A stretch of 64,000 nucleotides of DNA from Gemmatimonadota bacterium (GTDB taxonomy: Bacteria > Gemmatimonadota > Gemmatimonadetes > Gemmatimonadales > Gemmatimonadaceae), in assembly GCA_040389905.1 (NCBI GenBank), contig JAZJZK010000023.1, positions 32,001 through 96,000 of the forward strand, given 5' to 3'. The notes beneath the pieces were generated by a model. That model was not told the DNA's origin. It saw nothing but the letters and a program-made list of their open reading frames with translations, and ran no database searches. Positions within the stretch are counted from its first letter, which is position 1. Each line of letters begins with the position of its first letter. Of the stretch, positions 1 through 9,406 are shown one piece after another. Position numbers and translations under genes: made by a program.

Positions 1-674
1 GCGACGCAGTCATTGCTGTAGTCCACCAACACGATCAGCGGAACGTCGGCCGGAAGGATGGCGGCGACGGACAGCGCGGCGGCGACGGTGTCGCCACCGA
101 ACGACGCGATGAGGGCGTGGGGGATGGTGCCGACGCCCTTTTTCCCGGTGAACGCGCTCTGCGCATCGGTCGAGACGCTCGAGGCACCGCCGACGAATGC
201 GCTATATCCATCGCCGGGCTGCAGCAACGCGTGATCGCTGCGCGCTCCGAAGAAGTAGACCGGCTTCGGCCGAGCGGCGTCGACGAGGTTGCGGATGTTG
301 GTGCAGACGCGAGTTCGCCTTGCGAGCGTCCCTACGATCAGAGTTTCGAGATGCGCGAAGGAGGCGTAGTCGCCCTCGATCGTCATGACGGTGTCCCACG
401 CGTCCACGCGATCACCCTCGTATAGCGCCATTACGTCGAGCGCGGAGAAGTCGTCGCTGCACAGCTTCGCGATCGCGATGGCTTCATCGATCCCGCCGAT
501 CCAGCCGTCGTGCTTGGCCGAAAGCTGCCATGTGACGCGAGGGCTTAGGCCGCTCGCCCTGATGGCGTCACGTGACCTGTTGAAATAGGCGTCCGAAAAA
601 AGGCCGGCCTTGATTCGGTCGACCGGCAGTTCAAACAGGTTCGGATCGATGCGCTTGCGACGGCGAGGGGCCAT
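1..674 (-). CDS. Nicotinate phosphoribosyltransferase (NAPRTase/QPRTase fold), 3' end runs off the window
   Basis: Not in the ORF track because its stop is outside the window. Manual translation from ATG 674: MAPRRRKRIDPNLFELPVDRIKAGLFSDAYFNR...IEGDYASFAHLETLIVGTLARRTRVCTN...YFFGARSDH...GTIPHALIASFGGDT...VLVDYSNDCV, typical of nicotinate phosphoribosyltransferases. Confidence 0.85.
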   Translation of the reverse strand, partial: MAPRRRKRIDPNLFELPVDRIKAGLFSDAYFNRSRDAIRASGLSPRVTWQLSAKHDGWIGGIDEAIAIAKLCSDDFSALDVMALYEGDRVDAWDTVMTIEGDYASFAHLETLIVGTLARRTRVCTNIRNLVDAARPKPVYFFGARSDHALLQPGDGYSAFVGGASSVSTDAQSAFTGKKGVGTIPHALIASFGGDTVAAALSVAAILPADVPLIVLVDYSNDCV

Positions 675-736
675 TGGATCGTGAAGCTACAGGGGAGTCC
701 CGACCGATTGCAGTGGGATGCAACTGCAACAGCGTT

Positions 737-949
737 AAACGCAGAGGTCGCAACGGCTGAACTGCGAAACAAATGAACCACAGAGGACACAGAGGTCGCA
801 GAGGACTGCTGACTTTACGCAACCCCTTTTCTCTCACGCTCGTTTTGTCGCCCTTGAGCCCTTCGTCGCTCGCGCTCCCCGAGGGTAAACGCCAGGAAGG
901 GCCTGCACTTCACGCCGTTCTCCGTGTCCTCTGTGTCCTCTGTGGTAAA
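737..949. repeat. Composite palindromic repeat: 9-bp-periodic CACAGAGGA arms (family B) around a degenerate REP-like family A copy
   Basis: aaccacagaggacacagagg (776-795) is inverted against ctccgtgtcctctgtgtcctctgtggtaaa (~920-949). The internal gttttgtcgccc...gaagggcctgcac (842-908) resembles family A. Confidence 0.8.
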
Positions 950-969
950 TGCGTTTCGCTGCTGCTCGA

Positions 970-2865
970 CTAACTCATAACCGGAAACGCACTCGTCCCA
1001 CGGGGTGCCGACGGGCCCGTCATCGCCTCAGGGTTGAGCGCCTGATCGAGCTCTGCCCGCGTCATCAGCCCCTTTTCCATGACGAGCTCATAGACCCCCC
1101 GTCCACTCGCCAACGCCTCGCGCGCGATCTCCGTACTGGCCTCATAGCCGATTACAGGGACGAGCGCTGTCACGATGCCGATCGAGTGCTCGACGAACTG
1201 CCGCATCCGATCCGGATTCGCTTTGATCCCGGTGATGCAGCGTTCGCGCAGCACGATACACGCGTTCGTCATGGCGCTCAGCCCGCCGAGCAGGCGGAAC
1301 GCGATGACCGGCTCGAAGACATTGAGCTGGAGCTGCCCGGCTTCTGCTGCCATGGTGACGGTCATGTCGCCGCCGATGACGTCGAAGCACACTTGATTCA
1401 CGACCTCGGGGATAACCGGATTCACCTTGCCCGGCATGATCGACGATCCGGGTTGCATCGCCGGCAAACTGATTTCCCCAAAGCCGGCACGCGGGCCGGA
1501 ACTCAGCAATCGCAGATCATTGCAGATCTTCGACAGCTTGACGGCGCAGCGCTTCAAAACGCCGCTCAACTGCACGAACGCGCCAGTGTCGGCGGTCGCC
1601 TCCACGAGATCGGGGGCGGTGATGAGCGGCAACCCCGTAATGCGAGAGAGATGCGCGCGCACCGTCTCCGCGTAACCGGTTGGCGCGTTGATGCCCGTTC
1701 CGATCGCCGTGGCGCCCATGTTGATCTCGCGGATCAATGCCTGCGCCTCGCCAAGGCGATCCACATCTTCCTGAATGGTGTGCCCGAACGCGTTGAACTC
1801 CTGGCCGAGTGTCATCGGCACGGCGTCCTGCAACTGCGTCCGGCCCATCTTGAGAAATGGCGCGAACTCGGTGCCCTTATCGAGAAAGGCGTCCACCAGC
1901 TTGCGCATTTCATCGCGTAGTCCCTCGATCGCCGTGTGCAACGCGATCTTGACCGCTGTCGGATAGACGTCGTTGGTGGACTGGCTGAGATTGACGTGAT
2001 TGTTCGGGTGTACGAACTGGTAGTCGCCGCGCGTATGCCCGGAGAGCTCGAGGGCCCGGTTGGCGATTACCTCGTTCGCGTTCATGTTCGTCGATGTGCC
2101 GGCGCCGCCCTGAATCATGTCCACGAGAAAATGCTCGTGGTGCCGCCCCGCACGAATCTCTCCGGCGGCGCGGATGATCAGGTCGGCCGTTTCAGCGGAG
2201 AGCAGCCCGAGGTCGGCATTCGCCTGCGCCGCTGCTGCCTTCACCGCCGCGAGCGCTTCGATGAGCGCGGGGAATTCGCGGAGCGGAATACCGGTGATCG
2301 CAAAGTTCTCGAGCGCGCGCAGTGTCTGGATTCCGTAGAGCGCATCGCCGGGAACCTCGCGCTCGCCAAGGAGATCGTGCTCGACCCGCCTGGTCGTGCC
2401 GCCGAAGCCGAGGGTGCGCCCGCGTCCAACGAGGGTAGCATCGACCGCGGAGAGACGCTGCTTGATGGCGCGAGCGGCGCGACCCACGAGTGCGGCGTAG
2501 AGCGTCGGGGTCTCCCGGGCCAGCGTCTGGATCTGGTCTTTTGTGAGGATGAAGGCTTTGGTCTTCACGATCACTCGCGCACTGGTGCCGTGCACCGAGT
2601 CGTCGAGCAGCAGCCCTTCGCCGACCGCCTCGCCTGCTCCGAGGGTTGCGAGTCGCATCGGGCGCGTATTTTTGCCCTTCTCGATGGCAACCGCTCCGGA
2701 GGCGATGAGCGCCATCAGGTTCCGGGTGTCACCTTCCTCGAAGAGGAGGGCGTCACACGCGAATTCCTGCGCCTTGACGATCTTGGAGAGTTGATGGACG
2801 GCGGTATCGGTGAGGCCGTCGAGGAATCTGAGCGAGCGAAGCTCGTCACGATCTGGGGTGGACAT
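970..2865 (-). CDS. aspA: Aspartate ammonia-lyase with an N-terminal cyclic-nucleotide-binding-like domain
   Basis: Fumarase/aspartase signature GSSIMPGKVNP, plus GRTQLQDAVP and GGAGTSTNMNANEV. The N-terminal ~150 aa have a cNMP-domain pattern (LFEEGD...IASGAVAI...LGAGEAVGE). Confidence 0.92.
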   Translation of the reverse strand: MSTPDRDELRSLRFLDGLTDTAVHQLSKIVKAQEFACDALLFEEGDTRNLMALIASGAVAIEKGKNTRPMRLATLGAGEAVGEGLLLDDSVHGTSARVIVKTKAFILTKDQIQTLARETPTLYAALVGRAARAIKQRLSAVDATLVGRGRTLGFGGTTRRVEHDLLGEREVPGDALYGIQTLRALENFAITGIPLREFPALIEALAAVKAAAAQANADLGLLSAETADLIIRAAGEIRAGRHHEHFLVDMIQGGAGTSTNMNANEVIANRALELSGHTRGDYQFVHPNNHVNLSQSTNDVYPTAVKIALHTAIEGLRDEMRKLVDAFLDKGTEFAPFLKMGRTQLQDAVPMTLGQEFNAFGHTIQEDVDRLGEAQALIREINMGATAIGTGINAPTGYAETVRAHLSRITGLPLITAPDLVEATADTGAFVQLSGVLKRCAVKLSKICNDLRLLSSGPRAGFGEISLPAMQPGSSIMPGKVNPVIPEVVNQVCFDVIGGDMTVTMAAEAGQLQLNVFEPVIAFRLLGGLSAMTNACIVLRERCITGIKANPDRMRQFVEHSIGIVTALVPVIGYEASTEIAREALASGRGVYELVMEKGLMTRAELDQALNPEAMTGPSAPRGTSAFPVMS

Positions 2866-3047
2866 GGGCGGAAATTAAGGCGGTCGCTCCGGTGGCGCTC
2901 GCGGCGACTGCGTGATAGATCAGATCACTTTATCAAAACAGCGAAGCAAATTCCCTCGTCGCGCGGCTAGGATTGTGGTCGTAGCGTTGCGCACGAGCAA
3001 GCCGTAGTACGAGAGACCGTCCCCCGCCAGAATCCAGAGGAGCCCGC

Positions 3048-4220
3048 GTGTCGATTTCCCGTCGCGATTTCATCGGTGCCAGCGCTGTCACCGCCGCAGG
3101 ACTCGTCCTGCCAACACGGGCTGATGCGTCGCCCGACATACGCGTGGCGGAGAGCAGCGCCGCGCCGCGCGCGGTCGCCGTGCTGCCGGCGGCCGTCGGA
3201 AGCACCAACGGGCTCCGCGGACTCAAGGTCTGCTACGACAAGCTCGTCGCCGGTGCAGATCCACTCGACGCGGCGATTGCCGGCGTGAACATCCAGGAGC
3301 TCGACCCGGAGGACCAGTCCGTCGGACTCGGCGGCCTCCCCAATGCCGACGGCGTTGTCCAACTCGATGCGAGCGTGATGCACGGTCCGACGAAACGGGC
3401 AGGTTCCGTATCGTCGCTCGAAGACATCGCGACACCGTCGCTCGTGGCGAAGGCGGTGATGGACTACACCGACCACATCATGCTTGCCGGCCCCGGCGCT
3501 CGGCGCTTCGCCATCGAGATGGGCTTCACGCCGCAGAACCTCCTCACCGAGAAGAGCAGGCAGGCGTACCTGCGGTGGCGCGCGAATCTGAACAAGGACG
3601 ACGCGTGGCTCGACTACAATGGCGACACGAAGATCGCGAAGCCGACGCAACCTCCGCGTACCTCGCGACGGCTACCGGCCTTTCGGCAGGATGGAGACGA
3701 GACCGATCTCCATGTCTTCTACGATGATCGGGGCGTGGCACACACGTACGGCACCTGCAACATGAACGCGGTCACCGCGAACGGCGACATCGGTTCCGTG
3801 ACCACGACGAGCGGCATGTCATGGAAAGTGCCCGGCCGAGTGGGCGACAGTCCGATCATCGGGGCAGGGCAGTACTGTGACAACGAGGTCGGTGCCGCGG
3901 GGTCAACCGGTCGCGGCGAAGCGAACATCAAGGTGTGTGGAGCGTTCCTCGCCGTCGAGTTCATGCGCATGGGCATGACGCCGGAGGCTGCGTTGATCAA
4001 GGTGATGGAGCGCGTGATCGCCATGACGGAAAAGCGCTTGCTCGACGATCGCGGGCGTCCGTACTTCGACCTCAACTTCTACGCAATCAACAAGAAGGGT
4101 GAGTTCGCGGGCTCGTGCGCGTATCAGGGGAGCGACTACGCGGTGTGCGACGCCAAGGGGCCGAGGAAGCTCGATGCGGTGTATCTCTTCAAGCGCGAGG
4201 AGCGTCCGAAGGTCCGATAA
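3048..4220 (+). CDS. Ntn-hydrolase glycosylasparaginase / isoaspartyl peptidase (asparaginase 2 family), Tat-exported
   Basis: SRRDFIG twin-arginine signal. Family motifs SVGLGGLPNADGVVQLDAS, TTTSG..WKVPGRVGDSPIIGAG and STGRGE. Candidate nucleophile Thr in YGTCNM. Confidence 0.88.
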   Translation: MSISRRDFIGASAVTAAGLVLPTRADASPDIRVAESSAAPRAVAVLPAAVGSTNGLRGLKVCYDKLVAGADPLDAAIAGVNIQELDPEDQSVGLGGLPNADGVVQLDASVMHGPTKRAGSVSSLEDIATPSLVAKAVMDYTDHIMLAGPGARRFAIEMGFTPQNLLTEKSRQAYLRWRANLNKDDAWLDYNGDTKIAKPTQPPRTSRRLPAFRQDGDETDLHVFYDDRGVAHTYGTCNMNAVTANGDIGSVTTTSGMSWKVPGRVGDSPIIGAGQYCDNEVGAAGSTGRGEANIKVCGAFLAVEFMRMGMTPEAALIKVMERVIAMTEKRLLDDRGRPYFDLNFYAINKKGEFAGSCAYQGSDYAVCDAKGPRKLDAVYLFKREERPKVR

Positions 4221-4239
4221 AAGCTAAAGAGCAAAGCCT

Positions 4240-4417
4240 AACCACAGAGGACACAGAGGACACGGAGGAAAAGCAACAAAGCAAAAGCTTTGACCGCAGA
4301 GGTCGCAAAGTTCGCAAAGGCCGACTCTTGCAGTTCTCTGTGTCCTCTGTGTCCTCTGTGGTTCATTGCCGTTGCGGTTCCGAAGTCCTTTGCGTTCTCT
4401 GCGAGCTCTGCGTCAAA
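4240..4417. repeat. Two interleaved inverted repeats (family B), A-B-A'-B', between convergent genes
   Basis: A 4240-4269 pairs with A' 4334-4363. B 4289-4320 pairs with B' 4387-4417. Confidence 0.85.
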
Positions 4418-4454
4418 TGGCTGCTGCTGTTGCAGTCTTGCAGTTCTGCGACGG

Positions 4455-6539
4455 CTAGCTTCGCAGTCCGCCCACCACTTTCGTCAAGCGGTCCGACGCC
4501 GCGGCCAGAGCATTCGCCGCGCCGGCGATTTCCTCCGTGCTCGCGCTTTGCTGCTCGCTCGACGCGGCAACCTCCTGCATCGCCGCCGCGAAGGTTTCCG
4601 TTCCGCCGGCGAGAGAATCGAGCCGCATGTTCACTTCGCCAACCAGCGCGGTCGTCGCATGCGCGGCGCGCTCGATCGTGGCCGTCCAGGCTTCGGCCTC
4701 GACGACGGCGCGCTCGATTTCCGTGAACGACGCGGACGCCTTGGACGTCGCGTTGCGTACGCCGTCTGCCGTGGAGACCGCGCGTTCGGTGGATTCGCGG
4801 GACCGCTCGATGCCTCCGAGCACGCCCTTCACGATGGCCTCGGTACGCTCCGCGGCATCGGATGACATCGTCGCCAGGCGGCGAACTTCGCTCGCGACCA
4901 CAGCGAAACCCTTGCCGTGCTCGCCCGCCCGTGCGGCCTCCATCGCCGCGTTCAGGGCGAGCAGCTTCGACTGACGCGCGAGCTTGCGCACCAGCGTCAC
5001 GAATTCGCGAATCTCCTCGCTTGCCACGCCGAGGGCGGCAATCGATTGCGCACTGGCGTGTACATCGTCGGACAGTGTGCCGAGTGACTCGGCGCTCGAG
5101 TCCAACCCCGCACGGTTCTCGAGCGCGAGAGAGCGAAGGACACTGTTACGCGCGACGCCGATTTTTGCCCCTTCATCGAGTGCCGCCGCCTGCTCCCGCA
5201 ACGACACCGACGACTGCGCCAACTGCGCGATCGTCTCGGCCATGGATGTCGCCTGGGCCGAGAGGTCGCTCGCGGTGTGCGCGATCTGCCCGGCGGCAGC
5301 AGCCATCTCCTCGGTGCCCGCGGTGATTTCCACGGTCATCGCCGTGGTCTCGCGTGCCGAGCTCGCGATCGTCTGCGCGAGGCGCCGCAGCTCGAGAATC
5401 ATCGCGCCGATAGCTCGGCTCAGGCGCCCGATCTCATCGTCGGAGGTGGAACGCCGAAGTTCGATCGAGAAATCACCCGCCGCGACGGCCTCTGCTGCTT
5501 CGGCAAGTTCCGTTGCGGGCGAGGAGATCCTTCGATTCAGGAAGCGGTTCATCGCCACGAGGAGACCGATCAGGACCACGAGCAGCACACCCGTTCCTAT
5601 AGCCAGTGCCGTGCGCGTGGAGCGAAACTGCGCCGCGATCGCCGAAGTGGGCTGGTGCGCGACGACGCGCCATCGGCCGGCGTTGACACGGACGGCGACG
5701 GCGCGCTCCGGCGTACTATCGGCAAGCACGTCCGCCGCAGCGGACACATCGTCCTGGCCCGTCGGCATCCCGCGCAGCATGCGTCCGGCAGACGCCGAGT
5801 CCGCGCTGAGGAGCACGCGTGAATTCGAGTCCAGCACGTCGATGCGGACGCCGGCGCCTGCGGATGCCAGGGAGCGCACGAGCGGCGCGACGCTGAACGC
5901 GAGCTTGAGGACGCCGGCCTTCGCGGCGCCGTCGCGAACGACGGTCGCGAGCGACACGGTTGTCTGATGCGCCGATGAATCGTAGGCGGCATCCGCGGCG
6001 GATGTGCCGTCGCGCCAGGCACTCTGCCACCAACCTTCGTCGCTCTGCACAAAGTCCGAACTGGTTTGCGTCGTCACCGCGTTATAGCCGTTGGCCTCGG
6101 TCAGGAGCATTTCGGCGACTTCGAGGGGCGAGAGCAAATTGCGGAGGTACGCCCGTGTACCCGGGGCGACGTTGAGCGACCGGTCCAGATTGAAGCGGCG
6201 CTCGAGCGACGGGATATCCGTGCCGACGAGACCCAGGGATTGGGCTCGGGCAGTACCCTCCCGCGAGGCGGAAACGACTTCCGGACTGATCGCGAGCACG
6301 CGGGCTTCGCGGCCACGCTCCGCAAGTGCCTCCATCACCACGATCTGCGCGCGTCCGGCGGCGTCCCTGATGCGCGCGTCCCCCTGCCGCTCGATGTCGC
6401 GCTCGAGGAGCCCATTGAGGAAAAACCCGAGCGCAATCAGGACGACCGCGCCCCCCATCCCCGCGCCGACGATGAAGCGGCGGTGAAGCGAAGGTGCTGC
6501 GCGACCCTGGATCGGCTGGGAGAGTGACAAAAGCGACAT
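4455..6539 (-). CDS. Methyl-accepting chemotaxis protein (two TM helices, Cache-like periplasmic domain, HAMP, signalling domain)
   Basis: Hairpin-tip motif [38 protein letters not shown] motif DEIGRL, two hydrophobic segments. Confidence 0.93.
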   Translation of the reverse strand: MSLLSLSQPIQGRAAPSLHRRFIVGAGMGGAVVLIALGFFLNGLLERDIERQGDARIRDAAGRAQIVVMEALAERGREARVLAISPEVVSASREGTARAQSLGLVGTDIPSLERRFNLDRSLNVAPGTRAYLRNLLSPLEVAEMLLTEANGYNAVTTQTSSDFVQSDEGWWQSAWRDGTSAADAAYDSSAHQTTVSLATVVRDGAAKAGVLKLAFSVAPLVRSLASAGAGVRIDVLDSNSRVLLSADSASAGRMLRGMPTGQDDVSAAADVLADSTPERAVAVRVNAGRWRVVAHQPTSAIAAQFRSTRTALAIGTGVLLVVLIGLLVAMNRFLNRRISSPATELAEAAEAVAAGDFSIELRRSTSDDEIGRLSRAIGAMILELRRLAQTIASSARETTAMTVEITAGTEEMAAAAGQIAHTASDLSAQATSMAETIAQLAQSSVSLREQAAALDEGAKIGVARNSVLRSLALENRAGLDSSAESLGTLSDDVHASAQSIAALGVASEEIREFVTLVRKLARQSKLLALNAAMEAARAGEHGKGFAVVASEVRRLATMSSDAAERTEAIVKGVLGGIERSRESTERAVSTADGVRNATSKASASFTEIERAVVEAEAWTATIERAAHATTALVGEVNMRLDSLAGGTETFAAAMQEVAASSEQQSASTEEIAGAANALAAASDRLTKVVGGLRS

Positions 6540-6565
6540 TGAGGAAGACTTACTAGATTTTAGTC

Positions 6566-9079
6566 ATGACAGACTTTGCACCATCGCAAAATCCCGGAGA
6601 CACTCCGGTCAGCTACGATCCTGCGGCCATCGAGCGAAAGTGGCAGGCGCGCTGGGACTCGCAAGGGACCAATTCACCGGATCTCGCGAAAGCGGCGCAG
6701 CCGTACTATGCGCTGATGATGTTTCCCTACCCGAGCGCGGAGGGACTGCACGTCGGCAATCTCTTCGCGTTCACCGGCTGCGACATCCATGGACGATTCC
6801 AGCGGTTACAGGGGCACACGGTTTTCGAGCCCTTCGGCTACGACGCCTTCGGCATCCACTCCGAGAACTACGCGATCAAGGTCGGCGTCCACCCTGCCGA
6901 GTTGATCCCGAAGAACATCGACAATTTCCGCCGCCAGTTGTTGCGCGCCGGATTGATGATCGATTGGCGACACGAGCTCTCCACGACCGATCCATCTTAC
7001 TACAAATGGACGCAGTGGGTATTCCTCCAGCTCTACAAGCAGGGTCTGGCGTACAAGAAGAAGGCAGCCGTCAACTGGTGCCCCTTCGACAAGACGGTGC
7101 TGGCCAATGAGCAGGTGCAAGGCGGGCTCTGCGAGCGCTGCGGTACCGCGGTCGAGCAGCGCCTGCTCGAGCAGTGGTTTTTTCGCATCACGGACTACGC
7201 CGAACGGCTGCTGAACAACCTCGATGGGCTGGATTGGTCGGAGAGCACCAAGACGGCGCAGCGCAACTGGATCGGCAAGTCAGAAGGCGCCGAGATCACC
7301 TTTGCCGTGCAGGACGTCCTGGAGTTTGCTGGGAGCGCCACCGCCAGCGCCGGCGTGTCACAGGAGTTTTCCGTTTTGCCGACGGAGATCAGGGTCTTCA
7401 CGACGCGTCCGGACACGATCTTCGGGGCCACGTATCTCGTCTTGTCTCCAGAGCATCCGCTCGTCGACACCATTACCAGCGACGACGAGCGCGATAGCGT
7501 GGCGGCATACGTCGCGTTGGCGTCGAAGCAGGATCTGGTCAGCCGCAAGACGAGCAAGGAAAAGACGGGCGTCTTCACTGGAGCGTACGCGACCAATCCG
7601 GGCACGGGTCACCCGATCCCGATCTGGATCGCGGACTATGTGTTGATGGAGTACGGCACCGGTGCGATCATGGCCGTTCCCGGCCACGATGAGCGCGACT
7701 TCGAATTCGCACGCCAGTACGACTTGCCGATCGTGCGCGTCGTGGCTGGTCCCGCACACACCGATCACTCGCCGCTGGGCGACGAAGCGTTCACTGAAAC
7801 AGTCGGCTGCCACTTGGTGAATTCCGGGCGCTTCAATGGACTGAGCGTTGCGGATGGAAAGGCGGCCATCGTCACCGAACTCGCCGCGCGCCACTCGGCG
7901 ACTCCAGTGGTGAACTATCGCCTGCATGACTGGTGCATTTCTCGGCAGCGGTATTGGGGTCCGCCCATTCCAATGTTGTATTGCGATTCCTGCGGCACCG
8001 TTCCGGTGCCGGAGGAGCAGCTCCCGGTTCTGTTGCCGCAGATCGAGGATTTCAAGCCGGACGACTCCGGCATCAGCCCGCTCGCGCGCCACGAGGAATG
8101 GTACATCACCAAGTGCCCGACCTGTGGGGGCGAAGCGCGTCGTGAAACCGATGTGAGTGACACCTTCCTCGACAGCGCGTGGTACTTCCTTCGTTATCCG
8201 AGCTCGGATCGCGACGACGTTCCGTTCGATTCCGAGCTCACGAAGAAGTGGCTGCCGGTCACGAGCTACATCGGCGGAAACGAGCACGCGGTGCTGCACC
8301 TGCTGTATTCGCGATTCACGACGATGGTGCTCAAGGACGCCGGATTTCTCGAATTCGAGGAGCCATACGTCAAGTTCCGCGCGCACGGGCTCATCGTGCG
8401 CGAAGGCGCGAAGATGTCCAAGAGCAAGGGCAACGTCGTCAATCCGGACGAATACATCAACGAATGGGGCGCGGATTCATTCCGCACGTACCTGATGTTC
8501 CTCGGACCGTACGAGGAAGGTGGCGACTTCCGGGACAAGGGTATTTCCGGCGTCCGCCGCTTCCTCGATCGCCTGTGGCGGTCAGCGCATGACGCACGGA
8601 GCGACGGCGCCGTCGACCCGGGTGTCGCGCGCAAGCTGCACCAGACGATCAAGAAGGTGGGCGACGACGTTCCGCGTCTGGGCTATAACACAGCGATCGC
8701 GGCGATGATGGAGTACATGAACACGATGCGCTCCGGCGAGCGGACGCCGCACGTCGACGAAGTGCGTCCGCTAGTGCAGCTGGTCAGCCCCTTTGCGCCG
8801 CACATCGCCGAGGAACTGTGGTCGGTCCTGGGCGGTACGACGTCGGTGTTCGACGCCGGATGGCCGGTGTTCGACCCATCACTGGTGGTGGAGGATCAGT
8901 TCGAGATGCCGGTGCAGGTCAACGGCAAGCGGCGCGCGGCGATCATGGTGCCGAAGGATATCACGCAGGCGGAAGCATTTGCGGTTGCGATGAAGGACGT
9001 TGGCGTCGCGAAGTTCGTCGTCTCCGAGCCGAAGAAGATCGTGTTCGTGCCCGGACGAATGCTGAATATCGTCGTCTAA
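6566..9079 (+). CDS. leuS: Leucine--tRNA ligase
   Basis: MFPYPSAEGLHVGN (HIGH-like), KMSKSKGN, editing-domain motifs FTTRPDT and GTGAIMAVPGHDERD, DWCISRQRYWG. Confidence 0.98.
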   Translation: MTDFAPSQNPGDTPVSYDPAAIERKWQARWDSQGTNSPDLAKAAQPYYALMMFPYPSAEGLHVGNLFAFTGCDIHGRFQRLQGHTVFEPFGYDAFGIHSENYAIKVGVHPAELIPKNIDNFRRQLLRAGLMIDWRHELSTTDPSYYKWTQWVFLQLYKQGLAYKKKAAVNWCPFDKTVLANEQVQGGLCERCGTAVEQRLLEQWFFRITDYAERLLNNLDGLDWSESTKTAQRNWIGKSEGAEITFAVQDVLEFAGSATASAGVSQEFSVLPTEIRVFTTRPDTIFGATYLVLSPEHPLVDTITSDDERDSVAAYVALASKQDLVSRKTSKEKTGVFTGAYATNPGTGHPIPIWIADYVLMEYGTGAIMAVPGHDERDFEFARQYDLPIVRVVAGPAHTDHSPLGDEAFTETVGCHLVNSGRFNGLSVADGKAAIVTELAARHSATPVVNYRLHDWCISRQRYWGPPIPMLYCDSCGTVPVPEEQLPVLLPQIEDFKPDDSGISPLARHEEWYITKCPTCGGEARRETDVSDTFLDSAWYFLRYPSSDRDDVPFDSELTKKWLPVTSYIGGNEHAVLHLLYSRFTTMVLKDAGFLEFEEPYVKFRAHGLIVREGAKMSKSKGNVVNPDEYINEWGADSFRTYLMFLGPYEEGGDFRDKGISGVRRFLDRLWRSAHDARSDGAVDPGVARKLHQTIKKVGDDVPRLGYNTAIAAMMEYMNTMRSGERTPHVDEVRPLVQLVSPFAPHIAEELWSVLGGTTSVFDAGWPVFDPSLVVEDQFEMPVQVNGKRRAAIMVPKDITQAEAFAVAMKDVGVAKFVVSEPKKIVFVPGRMLNIVV

Positions 9080-9084
9080 ACGGC

Positions 9085-9406
9085 CGGGCCTGGGTCCGGG
9101 CCAACTGCAAGCTTGAGCTGGAGCCCGAGCCAACTGCGGGCTTGGCCGCGGGCTTGGGCTACGGCTTGGGCTGGGGCCTGCCAGCAGGCCGGGGCTTGGG
9201 CGGGGGCGTGCGCTCGGGCGGCGCCCGCTCACCCGGACTGCGCAGCGCCCAGCCCCCAGCCCCTGCCACGAGCGACCAGCCTGCCGGTAGGCCCAAGCCC
9301 CAGCCCTGGCCCGAGCCCACGCCCCGGCCCGCGGTTGGCCCGGGCCCGAACCCCCGCCCCCATCCTTACTTATCCGCCAGAAGAGAGCTCGGGCTCGGGC
9401 TCGGCT
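9085..9406. repeat. Hexamer-periodic (GGGCTT/GGGCTC versus AAGCCC/GAGCCC) nested inverted repeat tract
   Basis: G-rich hexamer run ~9138-9210 is mirrored by a C-rich run ~9290-9360. Outer gagcccgagcc (9121-9131) pairs with gggctcgggctc (9391-9402). Lies between convergent leuS and SRPBCC genes. Confidence 0.75.

Noticed and set aside
4115..4726. ORF containing TTEDTEDTE / SVSSVSSVV
   Set aside because: It is the translation of the family B repeat and overlaps real genes at both ends.
6540..6565. T-box leader for leuS
   Set aside because: Only 26 bp separate leuS from the divergent MCP gene, and no T-box sequence is visible.
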